Source: Candidatus Sumerlaeales bacterium (GTDB lineage: Bacteria > Sumerlaeota > Sumerlaeia > Sumerlaeales > Sumerlaeaceae). From it: a stretch of DNA of 64,000 nt. Below the pieces are notes generated by a model. The model was not told the origin of the DNA. It searched no databases and saw only the letters and a program-made list of their open reading frames with translations. Where the stretch lies: assembly GCA_038243585.1 (NCBI GenBank), contig JBBSQY010000003.1, positions 1 to 64,000 of the forward strand, written 5' to 3'. The stretch's first letter is position 1; the number at the start of each line of letters is the position of its first letter. The position numbers and the translations under genes are program-made. Shown one piece after another: positions 28,361 to 38,608 of this stretch.

Positions 28361-28435
28361 GGGCGAGTAGCTCAGCGGTAGAGCAGTGGACTTTTAATCC
28401 ATTGGTCCTGGGTTCGATCCCCAGCTCGCCCACCA
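28361..28435 (+). tRNA. tRNA-Lys (anticodon UUU)
   Basis: Acceptor stem GGGCGAG/CTCGCCC, D arm TAGCTCAGCGGTAGAGC, anticodon loop CTTTTAA, T loop GGTTCGATCC, encoded CCA. Confidence 0.97.
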
Positions 28436-28538
28436 TACGTTCAATGCGCATTACTCGGATCCTCAGCTTTTGACAAACATAATATGCGAGCCGGCTAACA
28501 CCATGAATTCAACGGCAAAAGATGCACTCATCAAGGTT

Positions 28539-29243
28539 ATGTCACGTTCGGCCGATCGCGGGTTTACATTGATCGAGCTGCTGATCGTTATCGCCATTAT
28601 CGCGATACTTGCGGCTCTTGCGATACCTAATTTTACGGAGGCCCAGGCGCGGGCGAAGGTTTCGCGGGCGTCTGCGGATTTTCGCGCTGTCGCAACGGCT
28701 CTTGAGGCTTATCGCATGGACACGGGCCGATATCCAAAAGGCAATCACAGTTCAAGGGTTTTGAACCCGTGGCCGGAACGATATGGATATCGACCTACTC
28801 TCGAAAGGCTGTCTACTCCCGTGGCGTATCTGACGGGGGAGAGCGCCTTTTATGATCCGTTCAAAGCGTTGTGGCGTTATGATAACGACTTGGAAGAACG
28901 CGACTCGATCGATATCCCGCCGGGAGATCTTAAGAATAAACAGCTCTATTGGTATGCGGCGCGTAACGCAACCGGCGCGGCGGAATGGGATCAGCCTAAT
29001 GATCCCGATCCATTCTGGTACTATCTGGAATCTGCCGGCCCTGACCTTGCTCATCATAACGCGGGAACTTTTTTTCTGGGTATCAGATCAGACACTTCAA
29101 ACAGTCGGGGCCGGGTCGGCAAGTTGATCTATGATGCTACGAACGGCACAAATTCCAGGGGCAGCGTGTGGCGGGTGGGCGGCATCCCGACAGGTTACGC
29201 AAAATCGTTTTACTTTATGGTGCAGCAGAAGTACGGAAGTTAA
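28539..29243 (+). CDS. Type IV pilin/GspG-like protein with prepilin N-terminal cleavage/methylation motif
   Basis: RG|FTLIELLIVIAIIAILAALAIPNF, ALEAYRMD, SAGPD. Start chosen among several ATG/TTG. Confidence 0.92.
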   Translation: MSRSADRGFTLIELLIVIAIIAILAALAIPNFTEAQARAKVSRASADFRAVATALEAYRMDTGRYPKGNHSSRVLNPWPERYGYRPTLERLSTPVAYLTGESAFYDPFKALWRYDNDLEERDSIDIPPGDLKNKQLYWYAARNATGAAEWDQPNDPDPFWYYLESAGPDLAHHNAGTFFLGIRSDTSNSRGRVGKLIYDATNGTNSRGSVWRVGGIPTGYAKSFYFMVQQKYGS

Positions 29244-29301
29244 ACTCAGGCTGTGGCACAACTTCGCCGGCTTTAATGTCCATGATCTTTTGCAGTGGAT
29301 T

Positions 29302-29337
29302 AAAAAAATGGCCGGACGTTTAAGCCGTCCGGCCATT
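29302..29337 (-). terminator. Intrinsic terminator of mdh (between convergent genes)
   Basis: AATGGCCGGACG / CGTCCGGCCATT stem with A run on +. Confidence 0.8.
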
Positions 29338-29368
29338 ATGCTTTTGGATTAAATCGTGATCGAGTGGA

Positions 29369-30319
<951 letters not shown>

Positions 30320-30411
30320 TTAAAATTGTGAAAATGTGGTTGCGTAGCTTTTCGCAGACGGTTGAATACTGCAAAAGCATGACGGCCCTTAAAGGCTACC
30401 GGTGATTTGTG

Positions 30412-30861
30412 CTACTTATCAGCGCGAACGACATTTATGGTAATTTCAGCGATCACTTCGGTGTGGATCTTAATCAGCACCTTGTGGGGCCCGACGGTTT
30501 TAATTGCTTCAGGAATGTCGATCTGCTTTTTGTCTACTGTGAAACCTTTTTCTTCCAGAGCGTGGGCTACGTCTGTAGACGTTACCGCGCCGAAAAGCTT
30601 TTCACCGGTTCCGGCTTTTGCGGGAAGGTTGAACTCGACGCCTTTAATTTTTTCTTCGAGCTCACGGGCGTCTGCCACCTGGATCGCGGCCATCTCGATG
30701 GACTTCTTTTTCATTTTCTCGTAGCGTTTCAGCGCTGCGGGAGTGGCTTCTTCGGCCAGACTTTTTGGCTTTAAAAAGTTGCGGTAGTATCCCTCGGATA
30801 CCTTTACTTTTTCGCCTTGGCGACCCAAGCCCTTGACGTTGTCGAACAGTATGACTTCCAT
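30412..30861 (-). CDS. rplI: 50S ribosomal protein L9
   Basis: MEVIL..VKGLG..G..VKV..GY.RNFL.P, KLFGAVT, IKTVG.H.V. Confidence 0.96.
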   Translation of the reverse strand: MEVILFDNVKGLGRQGEKVKVSEGYYRNFLKPKSLAEEATPAALKRYEKMKKKSIEMAAIQVADARELEEKIKGVEFNLPAKAGTGEKLFGAVTSTDVAHALEEKGFTVDKKQIDIPEAIKTVGPHKVLIKIHTEVIAEITINVVRADK

Positions 30862-31011
30862 GGGTTCTCCTTCGTTGTTTCTCGATGTGATGTTGCCTAC
30901 AGTTGCGCGGTGTTCTTGATCATTTAGAAAAATTTGATGAAGTGGCCGTCGACATCATGGACAGAACTGGCCTTCTGGACGGGATAGGTTACTGTGTATA
31001 AAGGTGAAAAT

Positions 31012-31695
31012 CTATGTAATTATTGGCTCTCTGTCGGGATCTGTGACAGGGAAAATGTTTGCTTCGCTTAGCTTTGCCAGCATTACGTCGTAATCCAGGG
31101 TTTGGGCAAGAATCATTTCTGAGTCCGTGACGCCCAGGCAGAGCAGCAGGTCTACTGTTCCCGATGGCAGTTCGAATTGGGGAGTCAGGTGCTCGGCTTC
31201 AACTATTATTAAATTCTTAATCAAGGAGGCTGGCCTCTGCGGATCAATGCTCGTATGGAGCGGAATGCGTCCGCCAGCACAGACGGTTTCGCCCTGAAGC
31301 AGGCCGCTCGCGGCGAGTATATTGACGGCCATCAGCCAGTGGAGAACTTGAATCGCCCAAGGTGCTGCGACGGGGGTGTGCATCAGCAGTTCAAAGCCGA
31401 GGCCACTCGGTTCTGCCTTGTTTACTGTCGCGGGGTCTTCTCCCCATGGATTGCTTAGCGCCGTGGTTATATAGGACCAGTAAGGGAGCTTTTCTGTTGG
31501 GGACACTTCGAACACGCCATGAACGAGCCAGCGTGGATCAGGTTTCGCTTGGTGGCCCAGCCGTTGGAAAAGCTCGGGAGGAATGGTATGGACATGAGGG
31601 CCGACGGATCCAAACAGCTGTCTATACACTGTCTCTTCGCGGTGAGCCCACACGTCCTGAAACCACTTTTGCCATTCATCCTGGGTCGTAGTCAA
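31012..31695 (-). CDS. Suppressor-of-fused (SUFU) domain protein
   Basis: WSYITTALSN, GLGFELL, FELPSGTVDLLLCLGVTDSE, FPVTDPDR resemble bacterial SUFU domains. Confidence 0.8.
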   Translation of the reverse strand: MTTTQDEWQKWFQDVWAHREETVYRQLFGSVGPHVHTIPPELFQRLGHQAKPDPRWLVHGVFEVSPTEKLPYWSYITTALSNPWGEDPATVNKAEPSGLGFELLMHTPVAAPWAIQVLHWLMAVNILAASGLLQGETVCAGGRIPLHTSIDPQRPASLIKNLIIVEAEHLTPQFELPSGTVDLLLCLGVTDSEMILAQTLDYDVMLAKLSEANIFPVTDPDREPIIT

Positions 31696-32744
31696 CGGTG
31701 GGCTCCCTTTGATTGTGTTTTTGCTGGCGGCGGTCCGTTAAACCCGAAAATCTTTTTTTGAGGAAACAAACCGAACATGCCGCCCGTGTGGATAAAAAGT
31801 ATTTTGTCTTTCTTGCGAAAGCGACCTTTTTGAATTTCCTGTATCATGCCGTAGAAGGCTTTGCCAGTATAAACAGGATCGAGAACCAGGCCTTCCAGCC
31901 GCCCTGCTTCGATTAGCAGAGCAATTTCTTCCGGATAGGGAAGCGCGTAGCCCTCGCCGACGTATCCATCGAGCATTTGAATTTTGGTGGCCGCCGCTGA
32001 AAGTTTGAGAGCAAATTTTTGGTTTAATTCTTCGAGAATACGGCGTATATCGGCTTGGAAATAGGCCGCATCGTCACAAACATTAACACCCCACACTTGT
32101 GGCTTCTTAAGTCCGGAGATTGCTCGACCGGCGATTAGGCCAGCAGTTGTTCCACCACTGCCGACCGCGCTTACGATATGGTCAAATGTCAGGTTCTTTC
32201 GCTTGCTCTGCGCCTGAATCTCGTTCCATGCATGAATGTACCCCCAGCTCCCGATGGCATTGGATGCGCCGACGGGAATCCAGTAGCAGCGCTTTCCCTC
32301 CGCCGTGTATTTGTCAACGAGTTCGTCAACAATTGCAGGCTGACGGGTGGAGTATTCTTCGGCAGGAAAATAGGAAAAGGTTGCGCCAGCGAGTTGATCG
32401 AGCAGGAGGTTGCCGTCCGGTGCTCCATGTTGCTCTCCGCGCAGAATCAGATGGCACTTAAGCCCCAGGCGCGCGCAGGCTAACGCCGTGGCGCGGCAGT
32501 GGTTGCTCTGAATACCACCCGCTGTGATTATAACGTCAGCTTTCAGGCTCAGGGCTTCAGCGAGGGAGAATTCCAACTTCCGAATCTTGTTGCCACCCAG
32601 CACACTACCCGTCAAATCGTCTCGCTTGACCCAGATTTCCGGGCCGCCCGCCAGCTCCGTTATGCGTGGTAGAAACTCAATGGGTGTCGGAGTTAGGGCG
32701 AGTTTAAGGCGTTTTGGAATAGCGGGCAAGTCATGTTTCTCCAA
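31692..32744 (-). CDS. D-cysteine desulfhydrase / ACC deaminase family PLP enzyme
   Basis: PTPI, KRDDL, GGNKIRKLEF, QSNHCR, GSGGT, LDPVYTGKA, FIHTGG. Confidence 0.93.
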   Translation of the reverse strand: MEKHDLPAIPKRLKLALTPTPIEFLPRITELAGGPEIWVKRDDLTGSVLGGNKIRKLEFSLAEALSLKADVIITAGGIQSNHCRATALACARLGLKCHLILRGEQHGAPDGNLLLDQLAGATFSYFPAEEYSTRQPAIVDELVDKYTAEGKRCYWIPVGASNAIGSWGYIHAWNEIQAQSKRKNLTFDHIVSAVGSGGTTAGLIAGRAISGLKKPQVWGVNVCDDAAYFQADIRRILEELNQKFALKLSAAATKIQMLDGYVGEGYALPYPEEIALLIEAGRLEGLVLDPVYTGKAFYGMIQEIQKGRFRKKDKILFIHTGGMFGLFPQKKIFGFNGPPPAKTQSKGAHR

Positions 32745-32750
32745 GGCTGC

Positions 32751-32788
32751 AAAATAAAACGCGGTTAACCAATAGATGGATAACCGCG
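32751..32788 (-). terminator. Intrinsic terminator downstream of rpmB
   Basis: CGCGGTTA / TAACCGCG stem with AAAATAAAA on + (U tract on -). Confidence 0.7.
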
Positions 32789-32835
32789 AAAAACTGGTAC
32801 AGGCATCGCGCCTGGCGCCGGTGCTTAAAGTTTAA

Positions 32836-33024
32836 TCAGGAAGCTTTTACAACCCGGTTGGACTTTAGGCAATTGGTACAAACTTTAATGCGTCTTACGC
32901 CACCGGCGACTTTCGCACGAACCCGCTGCAGGTTTGGCAACCAGCGACGCCGCGTCTTGTTATTGGCATGGCTTACATTGTTGCCCGTTGCAGGGCCTTT
33001 TCCACAAACTTGGCATTTTGCCAT
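32836..33024 (-). CDS. rpmB: 50S ribosomal protein L28 (Cys-containing form)
   Basis: [29 protein letters not shown]...[15 protein letters not shown]. Confidence 0.97.
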   Translation of the reverse strand: MAKCQVCGKGPATGNNVSHANNKTRRRWLPNLQRVRAKVAGGVRRIKVCTNCLKSNRVVKAS

Positions 33025-33278
33025 TTCAGTCACTCCAAAAAAAATTACCGAGGTCAGCCGCGTCTGATTACATTTGTTGCAACCCGACTGACAGCCGGAA
33101 TCGTTATGCGCTATTAGGCCTATTATTCAATTACACAACGCGACCTACGACAGATTTCGGCTCAGTTCGTGCTGCAATCAATTGTAAAAACACCGTACAA
33201 ATCCCTTGCCCTTGCCATACTCAGAGGGCCTCTTCGATACAGTTAACCGCTACAAAAATCTTTAAAAGGTTCGGGCAT

Positions 33279-34367
33279 TTGGCTTATACGCAACAAGTAG
33301 ACAGGTATGTTTTCCATAAGCCCCTATGGCGTAAGGTGCTGCCGCTTTTCCTTTTAATACTTATATGGATAGTGCCGCTTTTTTTGTGGCGCGGCACCGC
33401 CATCAAGTTACCGGAACCTTTTGACACCTGGCCAGCGATTGGATTGGATTGGCTGGCTCAAGTAGGAATTACCTTTAAAGATACCTTTCCGATTGCGTTG
33501 GTCCTCACCGCGGTCCTGGTGTTCTGGTGGTATAAAGCTTTTGAGATCCTTATTATCTCCGCCGATGCCATTACCCGCAGTTCGCTGCTGGGTTTTCGGA
33601 GGACCCTGCGCTGGGTTGATGTGGACGAGGTCCTTATCGATCACCTGGAAGCTCGTATGGAAGGAGATGCGACCGCGCGCAAAACCCTTTACCTGTATGA
33701 GGTTCCCAAAGGAATTTTCGGCCTACGCCGTCGGATGAAAATTAACAACCGGCAATTCGATGGATTTGAGGATGTGGAACGGATTGCGGTTCTGGTCAGC
33801 GTGCCGGCCGTAGCGGAACGGCTTCGCCAGCGTGTTGAAGCCACCAAAAAGTCTGCTACCTTTGCCGTGCTCGATCCTGGAGAGCTTCTGATGGGTAGCC
33901 TTTCGGTGCTGCTGGGTCTGCTGATGGTGGCTGCGGCTTTTTATGACACGCTCTGGCTGCTCTTTGAAATCCCTTACGAGATGGCCGTTCGGCCCGCTGT
34001 TATTGTGGCGGGAGTGCTTCTTTTCTTGTTTGGTTTGTTCAAATTCTTCTATAAGCAAATCGGGGTCGACGGAGAAAATGTTTACATTATGCGCGCTAGA
34101 TGGGTGCTTAAGCGTATCCCAATTGATACTATCGCTGATATCCAGATTCGCGAAAATCAGATGCGTGTGTATGCATTTGTAAAAGATCCGGAAATCCCGA
34201 AACAAGTGTTTAAGACCAACAAGTACGTGCGCAACCGCGGCGTAATGCTGCGGCTTATCCGAGAGATCTACGATGTGCGCCGTAATATGGATAATGTCCC
34301 TATTCCTGGGTTGTCAGGCGGGGCTCAGCCTGCGGCAGATCACAATCAAGGCATTGATCCGATTTGA
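33279..34367 (+). CDS. Membrane protein with two TM-hairpin plus PH-like repeats
   Basis: Two repeats of paired TM helices followed by a beta-rich segment (LRWVDVDEV; IPIDTIADI). TTG start inferred. Confidence 0.7.
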   Translation: MAYTQQVDRYVFHKPLWRKVLPLFLLILIWIVPLFLWRGTAIKLPEPFDTWPAIGLDWLAQVGITFKDTFPIALVLTAVLVFWWYKAFEILIISADAITRSSLLGFRRTLRWVDVDEVLIDHLEARMEGDATARKTLYLYEVPKGIFGLRRRMKINNRQFDGFEDVERIAVLVSVPAVAERLRQRVEATKKSATFAVLDPGELLMGSLSVLLGLLMVAAAFYDTLWLLFEIPYEMAVRPAVIVAGVLLFLFGLFKFFYKQIGVDGENVYIMRARWVLKRIPIDTIADIQIRENQMRVYAFVKDPEIPKQVFKTNKYVRNRGVMLRLIREIYDVRRNMDNVPIPGLSGGAQPAADHNQGIDPI

Positions 34368-34371
34368 TGCA

Positions 34372-34530
34372 GTCGCAAGGACGCCCGCCTGTGCGAGGCT
34401 AGGGCTCCATTTTTTCCCCTGTTTGATCTACATAAGTTATCTCGACCCAACCACAGCACTATTTTATCGATGTTGACTGCTGACGATAGCGTCTTGTCCA
34501 ACTGACACAGGAGGGACGCCTATGCTACTT
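34372..34530. repeat. REP-like 26-mer copy 2 (34505-34530) with a degenerate inverted partner (34372-34393)
   Basis: ACACAGGAGGGACGCCTATGCTACTT; upstream GTCGCAAGGACGCCCGCCTGTG resembles its reverse complement. Confidence 0.75.
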
Positions 34531-34579
34531 TAAATCTCCATGAAGCGATTCTCGCTGCGCGCGTAGGTAGAAGCACCAG

Positions 34580-36853
34580 ATGTTTGACCCAGAAACCATC
34601 TCCAATTTTCCGACTGCGCCCGGCGTTTACATTATGAAGAATGCCGCGGGTGATGTGATTTATGTCGGCAAGGCTGCCAACCTCCGCAACCGGGTGCGGA
34701 ATTACTTTTCTCAGACGGGCGACGGGCGTTATACAGTGCCGTTTCTTGTGCGTCACGTCGAGACAATCGAGACGATAATCGCGTCGTCAGAAAAAGACGC
34801 TTTTCTTCTCGAAAACAACCTCATTAAAAAGTATCGCCCGCGCTATAATATCCGTCTACGCGACGACAAGACGTACCTCTCCCTCCGGTTCCGCATGAGC
34901 CACCAGTATCCGCGGCTGGAAATGACGCGGGTGCGCCGAGCGGAGTTGGGCAGCGCAGGTACGACAGCAATGGGCACGGGCGAAGCTCTTACCGAGCCTA
35001 TCGAAGAAAAGAAAAAACGTGTCAAGCGCGACAACGACCTTTATTTCGGCCCGTTTACATCCTCTGGCGCTGTCCGTGAAACGCTGCGTTTTCTTCTTAA
35101 GGCATTCCCCGTTCGCACCTGCCGCGATTCGGTGTTTCGGAATCGCACCCGCCCATGTATTCTGCATGATGTCGGCAAATGTTGCGCTCCTTGCACCGAA
35201 CAGGTAACGCCAGAGCATTACGCGAACCTGGTGCAGCGCGTGGCTACTTTCTTTAGCGGAAAAGATGATGAAGTGCGCCGCACGCTTAGCCTTCGCATGG
35301 AGGAGCTGGCGGAGAACCTTGAATTCGAAAAAGCGGCACTGATACGGGATCGTCTGAACGCGCTGGATCGTACGTTGGAGTCGCACCAAAGCGAGTCGCA
35401 CATGGGAGGGGACAGGGACGTGATAGCGATCGCCAGTTCGCAGGGACGCTCTCTGGTGGTCATTCAGCAGTTTCGCCGCGGTGTTCTGATCCACTCGACT
35501 GATTTTTATACGCGCAACTATGAGCAGGAAAACAGCGAGGTTCTCTACTCGTTTATATCTCAGCAGTACGACGGCCTCGCGGGGCAGATTCCACCGGAAG
35601 TCCTGGTGAGCGAAGAGCCGCAGGATTGCGCGCTGCTGGAGGAGTGGCTTCGCGAGCAGCGCGTCGGGGCAGTGCGGCTTCATATGCCCCAACGGGGCAA
35701 GCTGAACGCTGTCACTCATACGGCCCTGCAGAACGCCCGCATGGGCTTAAATCGCCGCCTGGGTGGAGAGCGCACGCGCGAAGAAACCTTGGAAGAGCTC
35801 AGCGAACGGCTAACTTTGGAACGTCCGCCGCGCACCATAGAATGTCTGGATATTTCCAATATCATGGGAGTCCTGGCGGTTGGATCTATCGTGCGTTTTG
35901 AAGACGGCGAGCCGGATAAATCCGGATACCGCCTCTATAGGATCCGGACCGTAGAGGGCAGCAACGATTTCGCAATGATACGAGAAGTAATGCTGCGGCG
36001 GTTTCGCCCGGAAAGTGATCGGGCGCGGGAGTTCCCAGATCTTTTTATTGTGGACGGGGGGAAGGGCCAGCTTGGCATGGCGGAAGAGGTTTTTCGCGAA
36101 CTGGGAATTACGGATGTGAGCCTGGCCGGTATGGCGAAGAGCCGCTTAAAGGTACGGGCTCCGCGCAAGTTTCCTGGCGTGATAACCGGACCTGCTGCGG
36201 ATCGGGTGTCAGAGCCACGGCCGGATACTTCAATTGATGGCACCGAGGCAAAGTCGATAAATGATTACTTTCCCGATGCGCCAGATTACGTGGGCGGAGA
36301 ACCTGAGGCGGACGAACCAGTTACCTTGAAAGCCCGGGAACGTTTCAGGCCACTTACGGTGCAAGGATATGGCAAGGAAGAGGTTATCCGATTTCGTACT
36401 GAAGAGCGCATCTTCCTGCCCGGACGGAAAAATCCGGTCACTTTTGCCACGAATTCGCCCGCGTTGTTTTTGCTTGAACGGATTCGAAACGAAACCCACC
36501 GCACGGCGATCAATTATCATAGAAAACTTCGGGAAAAAACCAACCGACGCAGTATGCTGGACGAAGTGCCGGGGGTGGGGCCAAAGCGCAAGGCATTGCT
36601 GCTGCGCCATTTTGGAAGTCTGACAGCGTTAAGGGCAGCGACGCCCGAGGATATTGCAGCGGTAGACGGAGTCAGCGCGGACGCTGCACAGAACGTTTAC
36701 GATTTCATCCATGCCCAGGGAGTTGCCCCGGCACCTGTCAAGATTGAAGTTGAAGAAGAATGGGTTACAGTGGACGAGGAACCGGATAATATAGGAAGCG
36801 AGAAGCCGGAGGATCTGCTGGACCCGTCCGATCGTCGGTCGGTGGACTTGTAG
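34580..36853 (+). CDS. uvrC: Excinuclease ABC subunit C
   Basis: PGVY...IYVGKA GIY-YIG domain, Cys cluster, UVR coiled coil, DISN and VDGGKGQ RNase H-like domain, HhH GVGPK. Confidence 0.97.
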   Translation: MFDPETISNFPTAPGVYIMKNAAGDVIYVGKAANLRNRVRNYFSQTGDGRYTVPFLVRHVETIETIIASSEKDAFLLENNLIKKYRPRYNIRLRDDKTYLSLRFRMSHQYPRLEMTRVRRAELGSAGTTAMGTGEALTEPIEEKKKRVKRDNDLYFGPFTSSGAVRETLRFLLKAFPVRTCRDSVFRNRTRPCILHDVGKCCAPCTEQVTPEHYANLVQRVATFFSGKDDEVRRTLSLRMEELAENLEFEKAALIRDRLNALDRTLESHQSESHMGGDRDVIAIASSQGRSLVVIQQFRRGVLIHSTDFYTRNYEQENSEVLYSFISQQYDGLAGQIPPEVLVSEEPQDCALLEEWLREQRVGAVRLHMPQRGKLNAVTHTALQNARMGLNRRLGGERTREETLEELSERLTLERPPRTIECLDISNIMGVLAVGSIVRFEDGEPDKSGYRLYRIRTVEGSNDFAMIREVMLRRFRPESDRAREFPDLFIVDGGKGQLGMAEEVFRELGITDVSLAGMAKSRLKVRAPRKFPGVITGPAADRVSEPRPDTSIDGTEAKSINDYFPDAPDYVGGEPEADEPVTLKARERFRPLTVQGYGKEEVIRFRTEERIFLPGRKNPVTFATNSPALFLLERIRNETHRTAINYHRKLREKTNRRSMLDEVPGVGPKRKALLLRHFGSLTALRAATPEDIAAVDGVSADAAQNVYDFIHAQGVAPAPVKIEVEEEWVTVDEEPDNIGSEKPEDLLDPSDRRSVDL

Positions 36854-36863
36854 CTTGTTCCGA

Positions 36864-36924
36864 GGGCTGCGTCGCTGCGCTCCTGACCCCCGGCTACCAC
36901 TCTGATGTCCCTCCGGGACAGGCG
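36864..36924 (+). repeat. 61-bp dispersed repeat, copy 2
   Basis: Homologous to 21610-21670; contains perfect TGTCCC-TCC-GGGACA hairpin. Confidence 0.8.
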
Positions 36925-37025
36925 TATATAATAAACGTTTAGTGATAGTCGAGTGACATCTGTTTTGTACTTTGGTGGGTTGTAGCGATTTGGGAGGATC
37001 CTGAATGCGTCTTTCGCTTGGGTTT

Positions 37026-37051
37026 ACACAGGCGGGTCGCCTATGCTACTT
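37026..37051 (+). repeat. REP-like 26-mer, copy 3
   Basis: ACACAGGCGGGTCGCCTATGCTACTT, one mismatch to copy 1. Confidence 0.85.
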
Positions 37052-37132
37052 CAGGTTTTTGGTCCTGTAAAGTGGCGCGATTTTGGTAAACACAGAGTGA
37101 CAATAGTTTGCATTATTCTGCATTGCGGCTGA

Positions 37133-38605
37133 CTAGTGCATTCCTGACTTGCTGTAGCCGTGGGCTGGGGCGAACCAGGCGAGGGCAAACAGAATTGTTC
37201 CAACCACTGAGAATCCGCAGATGGCCTGAAAGAACATGGACCAGCCGTAGTGTTCAGCAATATAGCCGACTCCTACGCCACTGATAATTCCGCTGAGATA
37301 CCCAAACAAGCCAGTCAGCCCAACGGCCGTCGCAGCCGCATGTTTGGTGGCAAGGTTGGCGACTGCAATTCCTACAAGCGCCTGAGGCCCATAGATACAG
37401 AAACCAGCAAGGCCCATGATTGTGGCTGCAACAAGCCCTGAGTCAAGGGGCAGCTTCCATAGAGCGAAGACAGCCGCGGTGCATCCGGCCATATAGAATA
37501 AACAGGTGCGCGAGCCGCGCCCGCCGAAGACATTGTCTGTCAGCCAGCCGGCCAACAACATGCCGAATATACCTGCAATTTCGAACGTGGCAGTGATCCA
37601 TGCGGCGTGGCTTAGGTCAAATCCTTTGGCCTCTTTAAAGACCGTTGGTGCCCAGTCGAAAATGGCGTACCGGACGGTGTAAACAAAGAAGTTGGCAATA
37701 GCAAAAATCCAGATGTAGGGGTTCGAAAACACTTTTTTCATGTAGCTGGACTTCGGATTTTCTTCCAGAGACTCGTAAAGATTCTCAGCAGTGTCCGGGT
37801 TAACATCATGGCTGGTCTGATCCAGCTTTTGATCGTCCAAAGTTTCCACCGGAGGCAGGCCGAGAGATTCCGGCGTGTCTTTTAAACTTATCCACAGGTA
37901 GATGGCTACGGTAGCTGCAATGGCGGCCGGAACATAGAACAACGATCGCCAACCAAAGCCTGTCGCCACAAGCAATCCGCCAAGAGCCACCACCCCTGCA
38001 GCGCCAACGGAGTGCGAAATATTCCACAACGACATGCGGGTAGCCAGAATTTTCGGTGGGAACCAGTGGGTTAAAAGGCGCGCACAGGGTGGAAACCCCA
38101 TTCCCTGAAACCACCCGTTGGCCATCCAGATCAACCCGAATGCCCAAGCCATCGCGCTGAATCCGAAAATGGCCGAGGTCGCGCCTTTTGTAAGCATGGC
38201 ACTGGCGGCAAAAGCCACATTCAGGACTGCGCAAACAACAAGGCCCACAACCATAAAAACTCGCGCGTTTGACCGGTCTCCCAGGAAACCGTTCACGAAT
38301 TTGCTCACGCCATAGAGGATACCGTGGAGTGTCAGAAAAAGGCCCAGGCTGGTTTTGGTAATTCCCAGGTCCTGTTCCATGAGCGGCATGGCGACGCTTA
38401 AATTCTTACGGACAAAGTAAAACGCCGCATAGCCAATCATTGTGGCGATGAGGATCTCCCTTTGATATTTCCGGTATCCCGCCCGAACAGCGGTAGCGTC
38501 GGTAATCCTGTGGGAAGCGGGCGGATCTGGCTGGAAAATTCCGAACACACCTTGTTTCTTTTCTGCGCCATTATATATGTTTGGCTGCCTGGGTGACTGG
38601 CTCAT
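37133..38605 (-). CDS. MFS organophosphate:Pi antiporter (GlpT/UhpC/PgtP family)
   Basis: GYAAFYFVRKN, NGWFQGMG, WNISHSVG, YTVRY, YGPQ, GLTGLFGY; both substrate-binding Arg positions appear present. Confidence 0.93.
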   Translation of the reverse strand: MSQSPRQPNIYNGAEKKQGVFGIFQPDPPASHRITDATAVRAGYRKYQREILIATMIGYAAFYFVRKNLSVAMPLMEQDLGITKTSLGLFLTLHGILYGVSKFVNGFLGDRSNARVFMVVGLVVCAVLNVAFAASAMLTKGATSAIFGFSAMAWAFGLIWMANGWFQGMGFPPCARLLTHWFPPKILATRMSLWNISHSVGAAGVVALGGLLVATGFGWRSLFYVPAAIAATVAIYLWISLKDTPESLGLPPVETLDDQKLDQTSHDVNPDTAENLYESLEENPKSSYMKKVFSNPYIWIFAIANFFVYTVRYAIFDWAPTVFKEAKGFDLSHAAWITATFEIAGIFGMLLAGWLTDNVFGGRGSRTCLFYMAGCTAAVFALWKLPLDSGLVAATIMGLAGFCIYGPQALVGIAVANLATKHAAATAVGLTGLFGYLSGIISGVGVGYIAEHYGWSMFFQAICGFSVVGTILFALAWFAPAHGYSKSGMH

Positions 38606-38608
38606 GCA

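Noticed and set aside
28361..29300. Integrative element at tRNA-Lys
   Set aside because: No integrase and no duplicated tRNA 3' end seen; housekeeping genes resume after one gene.
32934..33278. 115-codon N-terminal extension of the membrane-protein ORF
   Set aside because: Overlaps rpmB and its divergent promoter region and is not protein-like; TTG 33279 is preferred.
34856..35719. Long antisense ORFs (e.g. 287 aa here, 243 aa at 20431-21162, 250 aa at 38879-39631)
   Set aside because: Shadows of well-supported genes on the opposite strand, with no recognisable motifs.
36146..36400. Intein in UvrC
   Set aside because: No C/S start, no HN-C/S/T end, and too short and low in complexity.
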